Positions 49,594 to 58,735 are shown, counted from the first letter of the stretch. The stretch: 64,000 bases of DNA from Thermoprotei archaeon (GCA_003649205.1 QMRC01000008.1:1-64000); one strand, 5' to 3'. A program made the numbers and translations. Notes: generated by a model from the letters alone, not told the origin.

Positions 49594-51466
49594 TATTCTC
49601 CTAAATGACTTGCTGGTACTCACTGCACCAAATGGCTTCGGGAAGACTTATGCTGTTGCTGGTGCTGTAGCTAAGTTATCCAGTATGAAGATCTTCGATA
49701 GAATATACTTCCTAGCTAATTCACAAGATGCTTGTGGATCTATTGTACAGAAGTTGAGACATCACAATGCTAAGTTAGTTATCTGGTATGAAGGTATTGA
49801 ACGTAGCTGTATGAATAAGGAACTTCTTGAAGTGGTAGAGCATTTAACTGGAGACCCATCTCTTGCATGTCTAGTATGTCCATACAGTATACTGCAACAG
49901 AGTAAGAATAGAGAAATAACTCCAGAGACCTTGGTTCGAAGGGTGTTGAAGTTCTTTGAGGAGCGTGATGTAGCTGTTATTAGGGCTAGAGATGTGAAGA
50001 TGTACTTACTACCAAATCAAGAAATCTGTGGTCACAGTGTAATTAGAGCACTTACACTAAGACCTTCTCTAGACTTTAAGATTTATCTAGAGCGACTGAA
50101 TGTAACACCGATTTTTGTGGCACCTTTCCAGCTCTTTCTAACGTACAGTACAGCACAAGTCTTCATGAAGAGTGCTGAGAGATTGAGAAAAGAGCGTAGG
50201 TACCTATTCGTATTTGATGAGGCTGATAACTTACTTCTAATGGGTAAGGTCTACACGATAGAGAAGCCAGATTTTACAGACTTTGACTACGAGATCTTGA
50301 ATAAGCTATCTCCGTCTACCTATCGTCTTAGTGCTTTCATAGATATCTATACTAAGTTATTTAACATAATTGCGGAGGGTAGGAAGGAGCTTTCTAGGTA
50401 CGATTCTAGGATTGGTGTTAGTGATATTAAGAGGCAAGTACATGAGTTACTTAGCTCAAGGACTGTTGAGCGTGTTGTTGCTGGTGTCTGTAAGCGTCTA
50501 CGTACGATACTTCTTGAGGCTTTGAAGCAGATGAAGAGGACATTTCTCTTTAGGGCTGTTGAGTCTCTAAATCCCTTCACGCTAAGATTACTTAAGAGCT
50601 ATGGTGTTCAAGAGTTTGTTAAGTACATTGACTGTGATGTTGTTCGTAGGAGAAAGGGTAGTCAGGTTGAGGAGGAGGTTACTGCTATTCGTCTTCAGAA
50701 CTTCTCAATAGTTTCCGACATGGTGTTCAGCAATGAGAAACCTATTCGTAAGAGTCAGAAGGTAGTTGTAACTGCTACGTGGTGTGATGACTTAATGCGT
50801 AGATTATTCAAGGTAGGTGCAGAGTGTGTGAGGGTTGTCCGTGCTGTACCTGATAACGTGTACTTTGGTAGATTTGTAATCTATGAAACTGGTAGTAGGG
50901 CTCTAGAATCTACAGTATATGGTAAGGGTCAGTTCACATATCGAGTACTTTACCTAATTAAGAAGGTAATAGATGTCTATGCTGAGAAGTTCGGTATGAA
51001 GCCTAGTGGTGTTCTCGTGTGGTTTATGTCTAAGAGGCAATTTAGAGCATTTCTATCAGTACTTCGAGAGAAGAGGGCTAAGATCTCGATTGAGAGCGAT
51101 GATTTAGCGAGCATTACAGTTGCTAAGGTTAAGGTGTTACTCACATACCTTGGTTCTAGGATTACCAGAGGTGTTGACCTACCTGACTACGATATCTCCA
51201 TAGTGTTAGCACCGTTTCTAAGACCTCCTAGATCCTTCGGTGCTAGATGGCTTGACTGCGACTATGCTAGAGCAATATTCGAGAGCATACAAGCAGTCAT
51301 GAGAATTGTCAGATCACCATCACCTTCTAGACCAAAGGTTGTAATGCTTGAGGATTCACTATTTAAGAGCCCATACAAGGACTATGCACCAGCATGGTTC
51401 GTAGACTTCATCAAGAGTGGAAGGAAGTTTATTGAGCTAGATCTCGTAACTGCTGTATCAATCTAG
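49559..51466 (+). CDS. Superfamily 2 helicase (XPD/DinG-like, possible Fe-S cluster)
   Basis: Walker A APNGFGKT, DEAD, TAT, TRGVDLP, QAVMRIVRS; Cys cluster after motif I. Confidence 0.85.
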   Translation: MVEKYIRIKTDDILLNDLLVLTAPNGFGKTYAVAGAVAKLSSMKIFDRIYFLANSQDACGSIVQKLRHHNAKLVIWYEGIERSCMNKELLEVVEHLTGDPSLACLVCPYSILQQSKNREITPETLVRRVLKFFEERDVAVIRARDVKMYLLPNQEICGHSVIRALTLRPSLDFKIYLERLNVTPIFVAPFQLFLTYSTAQVFMKSAERLRKERRYLFVFDEADNLLLMGKVYTIEKPDFTDFDYEILNKLSPSTYRLSAFIDIYTKLFNIIAEGRKELSRYDSRIGVSDIKRQVHELLSSRTVERVVAGVCKRLRTILLEALKQMKRTFLFRAVESLNPFTLRLLKSYGVQEFVKYIDCDVVRRRKGSQVEEEVTAIRLQNFSIVSDMVFSNEKPIRKSQKVVVTATWCDDLMRRLFKVGAECVRVVRAVPDNVYFGRFVIYETGSRALESTVYGKGQFTYRVLYLIKKVIDVYAEKFGMKPSGVLVWFMSKRQFRAFLSVLREKRAKISIESDDLASITVAKVKVLLTYLGSRITRGVDLPDYDISIVLAPFLRPPRSFGARWLDCDYARAIFESIQAVMRIVRSPSPSRPKVVMLEDSLFKSPYKDYAPAWFVDFIKSGRKFIELDLVTAVSI

Positions 51467-51807
51467 ACGTACTTCATTACCTCTAGCTTTGCTGATGTAC
51501 TACCTATCTTCGATCCAAGCATCATCAAACCTCCAGTAATGAAGCCGAAGCTACATACCTCCGCTATATATCTTACTTCGTACATTAGTCCTATTGCTAG
51601 TATGATCAACGTGAAGCCTGTTAGTACGTACCCTAGGACGAGAATCTTCTTCATTTCCTCTCTAACTACTTTTCTCGCTCCTGTAAGTGCTGACACTATG
51701 ATCCCTAGCCCGAGGCATGCTAGGAATGGTATAACTGTGTGGAGTAGTACTGCAAGACCTATACCAAGTACTAGAAATCCTATGAATATGTCTCTATCGA
51801 ACTTCAC
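51463..51807 (-). CDS. Small 4-TM membrane protein ending KYV
   Basis: Hydrophobic, GGTGA RBS. Confidence 0.7.
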   Translation of the reverse strand: MKFDRDIFIGFLVLGIGLAVLLHTVIPFLACLGLGIIVSALTGARKVVREEMKKILVLGYVLTGFTLIILAIGLMYEVRYIAEVCSFGFITGGLMMLGSKIGSTSAKLEVMKYV

Positions 51808-51851
51808 GTAATCACCGTACTTAGCTAGGTGAAGGAACTATTTCTGTATTT

Positions 51852-52304
51852 CTACGCTGTGAGCATCCTAGCAAATAACTGTGCCCTATCAAGATCGAGG
51901 ACAATCTCCCTAGCTAGGACAATACATGTGTTATGTTCTAGATCTACAACACCCTCAATGTCCCTGACCTCTCTGACAACTGTTGAGCATGCTAGCTCTC
52001 TATCTGTTAGGTAGAAGATGAACTTTGCACCTATGTGTTTTCTCTCGATGAATCTCTGTAGATAGCTCTTTATCTTGGGAGGGCTTGTGAATGCTAGACT
52101 CCTTGTCTTAACCTTAACGGAGTTCGCTCTTACGAATCTATATTCCTTGAAGATGGGTACTTCGGTGAATACTGGTGTCTTAGGTATCTTCTTCTTGCAG
52201 TACGATGTAGTAAATAGCCTAACTAACCTAGGTTTCTCATTCTCGTGCAGGAGCACTGCGTAGTACCCTTGCCACTCAAATGTTCTTGGGAGTACGACTA
52301 TCAT
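51852..52304 (-). CDS. Hypothetical protein
   Basis: AGGAG RBS, 150 aa. Confidence 0.65.
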   Translation of the reverse strand: MIVVLPRTFEWQGYYAVLLHENEKPRLVRLFTTSYCKKKIPKTPVFTEVPIFKEYRFVRANSVKVKTRSLAFTSPPKIKSYLQRFIERKHIGAKFIFYLTDRELACSTVVREVRDIEGVVDLEHNTCIVLAREIVLDLDRAQLFARMLTA

Positions 52305-52385
52305 TTCTATCTCCTACATTTGCTATCGTTCTTCTAAACTATAAACTTCGCTAGATACTGTATATGGAGGTGCTTAGCAACCGAT

Positions 52386-52400
52386 CTAAGTCCTAATAAA
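52386..52400 (+). promoter_or_regulatory. Conserved upstream motif CTAAGTCCTAATAAA
   Basis: Variant of the shared motif, about 26 nt before the RadA-like gene. Confidence 0.65.
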
Positions 52401-52425
52401 TACTTCTGCAAGTAATCTACTTGAG

Positions 52426-53388
52426 GTGAGTGTGTTGAGTGCGAGGGGTATTCGTGAGAGGTTGAGGGAGAAGGCTAGGGAGATTGAGGCTGAGGAGATG
52501 GAGGAGGAGAGGAGACCAGAGCTAGATCTCTACACCTTAGTCAGCATGGTGGCACCACACGAGGCATTGATGCTGTTTGGGGGTACGAGGACAGGTAAGA
52601 CTACGTTCTGTTACGTGGTCGTTAGGGAGGCAGTTGAGAAGTATGGTCTAGATGCAGTGTACATAGATACTGAGGGTAATCTACACTGGAAGCTACCTCC
52701 AAAGGCACTGTACTACCGTGTATCAGGGCTAGATGACCTAAATGCAGTGATCAATGAGGTACATAGGAAGTTGATTAGGGAGGAGATTGGGCAGAATGGT
52801 CTCGTAGTAGTAGTTGACTCTCTTGAGGCGCCTGTACTGAGGTCAGCGGGCTCTAGTAGGAGCTTCTATTACAGAGCACAGGCATTTATGACACGTACAG
52901 TGCTTGGTGATAGGTTGATCGCTATTGCTAATGAGTACTCTAAGAAGTACGATAAGCCATTTACAATACTGATAACTGAGCACGCTAGATCTGAGATCGG
53001 TCTATCTAGGTTAATTGAGCAGGCAGTGAGCAGTGCTAGGGGTGAGGAAGGTGAGGGGAGGAGGAGTAGGTTCATTCGTCCTGAGGAGGTACCTCCTGAG
53101 ATCAGGTTGCTGTACACGAGACCTAAGGGAGGTTCACTGCTGTACCTAATAAAGGACATCTGGGTTACTGAGCAACTTGAGGCATATGCTGATGAGAGTG
53201 GTTACAAGAGGACGACATGTGGTGTCTATGCATGGGGTTCGAGAGCGTATGCTAGGATGGAGAGGGTTGCAACATTGAACATAGAGACTATACCTGAGCG
53301 AGGTAGGAGGAGAGTTAGGATTACCTACAAGATACATGCAACACCAATACCCTTATTTGGTGTTGAGCCAGAGATAGCTCCTGAGTAA
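52426..53388 (+). CDS. RecA/RadA-superfamily ATPase (RadB-like)
   Basis: GGTRTGKT, YIDTEG, VVVDS, LITEH. Confidence 0.85.
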   Translation: MSVLSARGIRERLREKAREIEAEEMEEERRPELDLYTLVSMVAPHEALMLFGGTRTGKTTFCYVVVREAVEKYGLDAVYIDTEGNLHWKLPPKALYYRVSGLDDLNAVINEVHRKLIREEIGQNGLVVVVDSLEAPVLRSAGSSRSFYYRAQAFMTRTVLGDRLIAIANEYSKKYDKPFTILITEHARSEIGLSRLIEQAVSSARGEEGEGRRSRFIRPEEVPPEIRLLYTRPKGGSLLYLIKDIWVTEQLEAYADESGYKRTTCGVYAWGSRAYARMERVATLNIETIPERGRRRVRITYKIHATPIPLFGVEPEIAPE

Positions 53389-53389
53389 C

Positions 53390-54262
53390 ATGCTCAGTAA
53401 GGAGCAACCAAGCCCAATACCCTACAGATTTTTCTTCCCCTTCATCCAGTCCGTACTCTATGCAAGTAAGTTGACTCTATCTGAGCTACTTCTCCTATGT
53501 AGGAGAGAGCTTAAGATTCGTGAGGTTAGGGGAACAAACCTATATGTTGTTAGGTCTAGACTACACAAGCTAGGTTTCATAAACGTCAGCGACATATCAA
53601 GCTACGTCTACTGTCCAAGACGGTTCTGGTACATGTACAGGTTGTTAGGTGATGAGGTTAAGGGAGTGATAATATGTGATAGGTATCAGCTACGTAGACT
53701 ACTAGTCGGTACATATGCACACCTGTGCTTCAGAAACTTCGTGAACTACCTAACCTCAAAGCTCCGTTCACTAGGTGCAGATCCACATCTCTACACAGAA
53801 GACGAGCTTTACGACTACGAGTACGGTCTAGCAGGGCACGTAGATCTAGTCTACGTAGATCCACACGAGGACTACGCTGTCGTCTACGAGCTTAAGTCGA
53901 GCTACAGACGTAGAGTACACGATACCTACATTGCTCAAGTACTTAGCTACTGCTACCTAGTTGAGAAGGCTAAGGACGTAGTAGTTGATAGAGGTTACAT
54001 AGTTAACTGCTCTGGAATGTGGAGAATACCCTATGCAGGAGATGAGAGGTCACTCATAAGAGACCTACTTAAGGAAGTACGTAGATGCATCATCAAGGAT
54101 GAACCCCCTAGTGAGGAGGAATCTGCTAGAGTGGAGAACATAAATAAGTGTAGAGTCTGCGGATTCAGATGCATCTGTCTTCAAGATCTCGAAACCGAGA
54201 AGAAGCTAAGGTCTAGACTTGTCGAGGAGTTTCCTGAAATACGTAGAGTGCTGAGAAGATAG
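53390..54262 (+). CDS. cas4: Stand-alone Cas4-like (RecB family) nuclease
   Basis: VSDI..Y.YCPR, G...H, G.VDL, YELK, Q...Y, CRVCGFRCIC. Confidence 0.88.
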   Translation: MLSKEQPSPIPYRFFFPFIQSVLYASKLTLSELLLLCRRELKIREVRGTNLYVVRSRLHKLGFINVSDISSYVYCPRRFWYMYRLLGDEVKGVIICDRYQLRRLLVGTYAHLCFRNFVNYLTSKLRSLGADPHLYTEDELYDYEYGLAGHVDLVYVDPHEDYAVVYELKSSYRRRVHDTYIAQVLSYCYLVEKAKDVVVDRGYIVNCSGMWRIPYAGDERSLIRDLLKEVRRCIIKDEPPSEEESARVENINKCRVCGFRCICLQDLETEKKLRSRLVEEFPEIRRVLRR

Positions 54263-54433
54263 GTGATCTAGAAACTGCTTCTTAGTCACAAACAACCTAC
54301 CACAGACTGGACACTTGAAGCAGTAACCATACCTAAACTCATAGACCTTAATCGTCCTCTCAGCCAACTTCCTCCTACTAGTCACGAATATACGTAGTAC
54401 AGTTCTAGATTTAAGGACATCTAGCACAAGCAC
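54206..54433 (-). CDS. C2H2 zinc-finger protein
   Basis: FKCPVCGRLF.TKKQFLDHLSSQH. Confidence 0.7.
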   Translation of the reverse strand: MLVLDVLKSRTVLRIFVTSRRKLAERTIKVYEFRYGYCFKCPVCGRLFVTKKQFLDHLSSQHSTYFRKLLDKSRP

Positions 54434-54519
54434 TCATGCAACTCAAGAGAGGTACAACTGTACTTCACTAGCAGAAATCTAAATATTTCACCTACAAATA
54501 TATTTGTTGGTGATTTCGT

Positions 54520-54891
54520 ATGAGTGGTGTAGGTACTAATGGAAAGGTATTGGAGGTTGATGTAGAGGTAGTGACGTACTTCAGGGCGAAGTTCAGGAGG
54601 AGTAGTAAGGGGTTACAGCACTATAGGTGCTTTGTTGAGTACCTTGAGAATAGACTCTTCGGTGAGCGTGGTAGGGTAGTAACCTTGAGGGCTAGGCAGT
54701 TGACGGAGTATGCTAGTCAGAGATTGAGGACGAGTGACTCCAGAGCTGGTTTCTATGCGTACCACTTCATTAAGCTGATTGGTAAGCTGTTGAAGAGAGA
54801 TGTTGAGTGCAATGGAAGAGGTACCTTTATTCAAGTGAGTAGAAGTGAACTTGAGGAGCTGGTACCAGTCTTGAGAAGTCTCGTGAGGTGA
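54520..54891 (+). CDS. Hypothetical basic protein (possible winged helix) coupled to the RAMP gene
   Basis: GTGA overlap with 54888; GGTGA RBS. Confidence 0.7.
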   Translation: MSGVGTNGKVLEVDVEVVTYFRAKFRRSSKGLQHYRCFVEYLENRLFGERGRVVTLRARQLTEYASQRLRTSDSRAGFYAYHFIKLIGKLLKRDVECNGRGTFIQVSRSELEELVPVLRSLVR

Positions 54892-55514
54892 AGTACATGA
54901 GTAGGAGTAGTGTAGGTACCACACCTAAACCACAAATTCCACACTTGATACAAGGTCAGGAGGGTGAGCTAGCTCTCCTCGTTATCTGGATGAGGACTAT
55001 TACGCCAGTCATAGCACCAGCAATGTGTAAGTCAGCTATACAGCTCTATGCTAGGATTAGGGGGCTAGAGAAGAAGTACGGTAGAGAACTCCTAGATCAC
55101 GTAGATAGGTTGTTCAAGGGATTTAAGTGCCCAATTCACGGTACAGTTGAGCCTTGTCTAGATGGTTCGACGCTGAAGTCCGTGATAAATAACTACCTGA
55201 GGTTATTCGGTAGAAAGTACATCACATACGGCATATTCTTCAGCGAGGACTCGTGCTCATGTGAAACTAGGATCATAACGACTATGAAGAAGGTTAAGAG
55301 AGGTAATAAGGAGGAGACTGTCTTAGTTAAGAACCCACTAACCTACGAATTCATCGCACCTGAGCAAGAACTTCACGGAGTCTTAGCGACAAACGACAGA
55401 GAGGTAATCAATAAACTATCGACACTTGTCAACAAGGTAGTCATCATTGGAGGAAGAGTATCGAGAGGCTTCGGTAGAGTCCTAGTTGAAAGAGTGGAAG
55501 CAGTACAAATATAA
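54888..55514 (+). CDS. Stand-alone RAMP superfamily protein (Cas7 group, Csm3/Cmr4-like)
   Basis: Four ordered RAMP motifs: MRTITPV, PCLDGSTLKSVI, YEFIAP...L.G, terminal G-rich loop IGGRVSRGFGRV. Confidence 0.8.
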   Translation: MKYMSRSSVGTTPKPQIPHLIQGQEGELALLVIWMRTITPVIAPAMCKSAIQLYARIRGLEKKYGRELLDHVDRLFKGFKCPIHGTVEPCLDGSTLKSVINNYLRLFGRKYITYGIFFSEDSCSCETRIITTMKKVKRGNKEETVLVKNPLTYEFIAPEQELHGVLATNDREVINKLSTLVNKVVIIGGRVSRGFGRVLVERVEAVQI

Positions 55515-55549
55515 AATCACACCTCTCTTTTCCTTTTTAAGAATAGAAT

Positions 55550-55980
55550 GAGGGGTGCTTACCTCGATGAAGTATCTGGAGTTGGTGATAACTAGCTATT
55601 AGTACATGCTTTACGCTATGTAGTCCTTAACTACTCATTTACCATTCTTCCTTGAATATTCATTCTATACAGTACCTTATGTAGCATAATTATATTAGAA
55701 GTTGTGTAGTGGGAATTACCTCAGTTGGAGGGGAGGTACTTGCTCCCTGATGATAAGTAGTATGCGGAGAATCCTTCGTATCAAGTAATGTATAGCGAAT
55801 CCTTCATATTGGGTATGATGTCTTTGGTACACTGTATAGTGCTCACACTTTCAAGTACCTTGCAAAATGAAGTACATTCACCATGCATACTAACATGTTG
55901 TAATTCATAAATTAGGCATTCCTAATTCATGCTAGGTTGTCATCCGTAACACATTGCTACTGTTTACCTAGTGTCCAGTG
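55550..55980 (+). ncRNA. Candidate ncRNA units 1-2 (GAGGG-stem-loop-GATGA leader)
   Basis: Leaders at 55550-55570 and 55728-55753; AGTACCTT starts 101 nt after the end of each leader; no long ORF. Confidence 0.55.
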
Positions 55981-55988
55981 TATGTGAG

Positions 55989-56330
55989 CTATATTGTGTA
56001 TGTTGGTTTCTCTAGTTCTGGTGTTGTGTTTGTGATTGGTTCAATGACTGTATCTCCAAGTATTGCATTCACTATGTTTGACGCTATGACGCATAGGTGT
56101 GCAGTTGCTGTATTTAGGTACTTAGCGAGGTCTATCAACACATTTGGGTCACTATACCTTATCTCAATAGTTGATCCACGTAGGTTCACTACAGCTCTAC
56201 CACTACACACCTTCGCAAATGTACTTAGTACCTCACGAATTATGTGCTGAATCTCAGGTTCAAGTCTGTGCATTTCGATAATTAACGAGTTCCTATCTAC
56301 CTCAACTCTAAAACCAACCTTCCTCTTCAT
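55989..56330 (-). CDS. Hypothetical protein
   Basis: 113-aa ORF. Confidence 0.6.
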   Translation of the reverse strand: MKRKVGFRVEVDRNSLIIEMHRLEPEIQHIIREVLSTFAKVCSGRAVVNLRGSTIEIRYSDPNVLIDLAKYLNTATAHLCVIASNIVNAILGDTVIEPITNTTPELEKPTYTI

Positions 56331-56389
56331 GGTACCCTGTGCACAAAGTCGTGTTAACTAATTTATATTCTCTTACCTCTAGCTAACGT

Positions 56390-56405
56390 ACTAACCCCTA
56401 ATAAA
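56390..56405 (+). promoter_or_regulatory. Conserved upstream motif ACTAACCCCTAATAAA
   Basis: Identical to the reverse complement of 48504-48519; upstream of nrdD. Confidence 0.7.
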
Positions 56406-56420
56406 TTCTTTAGGAAATAT

Positions 56421-58259
56421 ATGTTCGGTGATTCGATGAGCTTAGTAGAGCAGTACATTAAGGATCTTGACTGGGAAGTGCGGGAGAATGCTAACATGAG
56501 GAGAAGCTTCACACACCTAATAACGTACCTAGGTACCAAAGTTCTGAAGGACTACACACCAAAGGTCTTCGGTGAGAAAGCTTGGAAGTTACATTGTGAT
56601 GGCTGGATTCACATACATAAGCTTCCGTTCAGCCTATTGATACCGTACTGCTTTGGCATAAACACTGCTAAGTTACTGCTTCTAGGTCTACCTACGGAGA
56701 CAGTTGCCTCTAACCCTGCTAAGCACTTGATATCTGCTTGTGACCACATAAAATCACTGACGGTTATCATAAGCCAAGAGTTTAGTGGTGCAACTGCTCT
56801 CTCAGCAATTGACCTATACCTAGCACCGTTACTCGCAGAAGACATGAAGTTCATTGGAGATGGTAGAGTACTTGAGTGGTACGTAAAGCAAGCACTTGAG
56901 GAACTTACATGGGACATAAACTACCCGTATCGCTACGGTTATCAATCACCATTCGTGAACCTATTCATCAACTACACGTCGAGCAAGAAGATACTGGATG
57001 AACCAGCAATTGTAGGAGGTAAAGTACTTGAGAACACTAGGCTAGGTGACTACCTCGACTACGCAGAGAAGCTAATCAAGGTTTACTGCAGGTTACTTCT
57101 ACACGGTGATGCATGGGGTAGACCATTCACATTCCCAATACTGTCAATCTTCCCAACGAAGGAAATAATGGAGAGCCCCATATGGGAGGACATAGCTCTG
57201 TTAACAGCTAAGCGAGGAACATTCTATTTCCTAAATCCAAATGTCGTAAATCCAGATGACATGTTCTCAATGTGTTGTAGGCTGACTATTAACCACGCTA
57301 AGGTTGCTGTTAGGTGTAGGGGTATGTGGACTATACCTGATGAGACGGGTAGCATTGGTGTAGTCACGATTAACATGGCTAGGATCGGTATGGAGGCTGT
57401 TAAGAGAGGTGATGAGAAGTACATCTATGACCTATTGCTTGAGCTATTGGGTGAGTGTAGGAAGATTCTAACCATCATGAGGAATAGGTACTATGTGACG
57501 ATGAACGAGCTAGATATGATGCCTCTAGCTAAGAAGCTAGGTGTTAGGCTAGAGAACTTCTACAGCACTGTAGGTCTAGTAGCACTACCTGAGTTCGTTA
57601 GCGTTGTACTGCAGAGACCGAGGCTATGGTATATAGAGGATAGAGGTGTTGCTAAGGAAGTCGTGAAGATTTACAGAGACGTACTAACGTTTGTGAACAA
57701 GGTGCTTGATGAGTGGGAGAGAGAGGACAATGTGCTGTATAATGTCGAGCAGGTACCAGCAGAGTCTGCATCGTATAGGCTAGCTGTTCTAGACTATGAG
57801 AAGTATCCAGAGTTCAGGAGCTATATACCAGTTGAGGTACCTATGTACGGTAGTGAGAAGGTACCCTTCTACAGCAGTCAGAATACACCAAGCTACAGTA
57901 CGTGGGATCTGAGGCTACAGCTAGAGATTGAGTCTGAGGTACAACCGCTCTTCACAGGAGGTGTCATGAAGCACATATTCTTAGGTAGAGAGCTAAGTGT
58001 AGATGAGGTCACGAAGTTCGTTAGGCACATCACTGAGAACACGAAGATAGTGTACTTCAGCTTAACACCAGTACAGACAACATGCAATGACTGTGGCTTC
58101 TGGACAACAGGCATGTATACTAGATGTCCAAAGTGTGGAAGTGCTAAGGTAGATATCTGGAGTAGAATAGTGGGATACTACAGACCAGTGAGAATGTGGA
58201 ACATAGGTAGGAGAGCAGAATTCAGAACCAGACAACACTACATGAACATACCAATTTAA
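56421..58259 (+). CDS. nrdD: Anaerobic (class III) ribonucleoside-triphosphate reductase
   Basis: ENAN, YC, MCCRL, VPAES, CNDC...CPKC Zn site, glycyl-radical loop SRIVGYYRPV..WN.G...EF..R. Confidence 0.95.
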   Translation: MFGDSMSLVEQYIKDLDWEVRENANMRRSFTHLITYLGTKVLKDYTPKVFGEKAWKLHCDGWIHIHKLPFSLLIPYCFGINTAKLLLLGLPTETVASNPAKHLISACDHIKSLTVIISQEFSGATALSAIDLYLAPLLAEDMKFIGDGRVLEWYVKQALEELTWDINYPYRYGYQSPFVNLFINYTSSKKILDEPAIVGGKVLENTRLGDYLDYAEKLIKVYCRLLLHGDAWGRPFTFPILSIFPTKEIMESPIWEDIALLTAKRGTFYFLNPNVVNPDDMFSMCCRLTINHAKVAVRCRGMWTIPDETGSIGVVTINMARIGMEAVKRGDEKYIYDLLLELLGECRKILTIMRNRYYVTMNELDMMPLAKKLGVRLENFYSTVGLVALPEFVSVVLQRPRLWYIEDRGVAKEVVKIYRDVLTFVNKVLDEWEREDNVLYNVEQVPAESASYRLAVLDYEKYPEFRSYIPVEVPMYGSEKVPFYSSQNTPSYSTWDLRLQLEIESEVQPLFTGGVMKHIFLGRELSVDEVTKFVRHITENTKIVYFSLTPVQTTCNDCGFWTTGMYTRCPKCGSAKVDIWSRIVGYYRPVRMWNIGRRAEFRTRQHYMNIPI

Positions 58260-58290
58260 CCACCCTCGACACCTATTCTTCAAACAATCA

Positions 58291-58640
58291 GAGGGGTACA
58301 TACCTGATGAAGGACAGAGAATTCCTCTTACGCTATCATCATTTGTTCAGTTTAGTTTCATAATACTCCGTATCAGTATCCTATGGGTTATAACTCATTA
58401 TCAGTACCTTGTGCATAATACTCATTTAGTAGTTGAACACCTTTGAAAACTGCAGTAATCTCCAGCATTGTCTCCTAAGCAACCTGAGGGAGTGTATTCC
58501 TGATGAGGGATGTATTTTGCACCTTACACCTTGCGAAGTATAAAGTCCAGTATTTGAGGTATCAGGTACTCACTAGATATTTTATCCTACATTACTCATG
58601 CTATAGTGTCTGAAGTTTCCGATGAGGAATGTCCACTGAT
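58291..58640 (+). ncRNA. Candidate ncRNA units 3-4 (same leader as 55550/55728)
   Basis: GAGGGGTACATACCTGATGA (58291-58310), GAGGGAGTGTATTCCTGATGA (58486-58506); blocks shared with unit 1. Confidence 0.55.
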
Positions 58641-58735
58641 CTATACGTTGTGAACTCTAGTAGTTGATTTCGTTCTGTGTAGTACAGCTGTTTGTCTGCT
58701 CTCGGTGTGAGTCCTTATAGTTTCGGTAACTTGTA

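Noticed and set aside
55571-55980. Strict short-period repeat (5-12 nt) in the RNA unit bodies
   Set aside because: CAT/TAT/CTT triplets recur about every 10-13 nt but spacing drifts; by eye not distinguishable from AT-rich background, needs autocorrelation
55620-58470. Short minus-strand ORFs in the non-coding units (e.g. MLHKVLY..., MSIMHKVL...)
   Set aside because: All under 36 codons with stops in every frame; the shared HKVL simply reflects the AGTACCTT block
53390-58640. Canonical CRISPR array or cas operon near cas4 and the RAMP gene
   Set aside because: No identical 24-40 nt repeats with regular spacers; no cas1/cas2/cas10; stand-alone Cas4 is common in archaeal viruses
55550-58640. 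Hammerhead ribozymes suggested by CTGATGA
   Set aside because: No stem II followed by GAAA at the expected position; unit 1 has CGATGA
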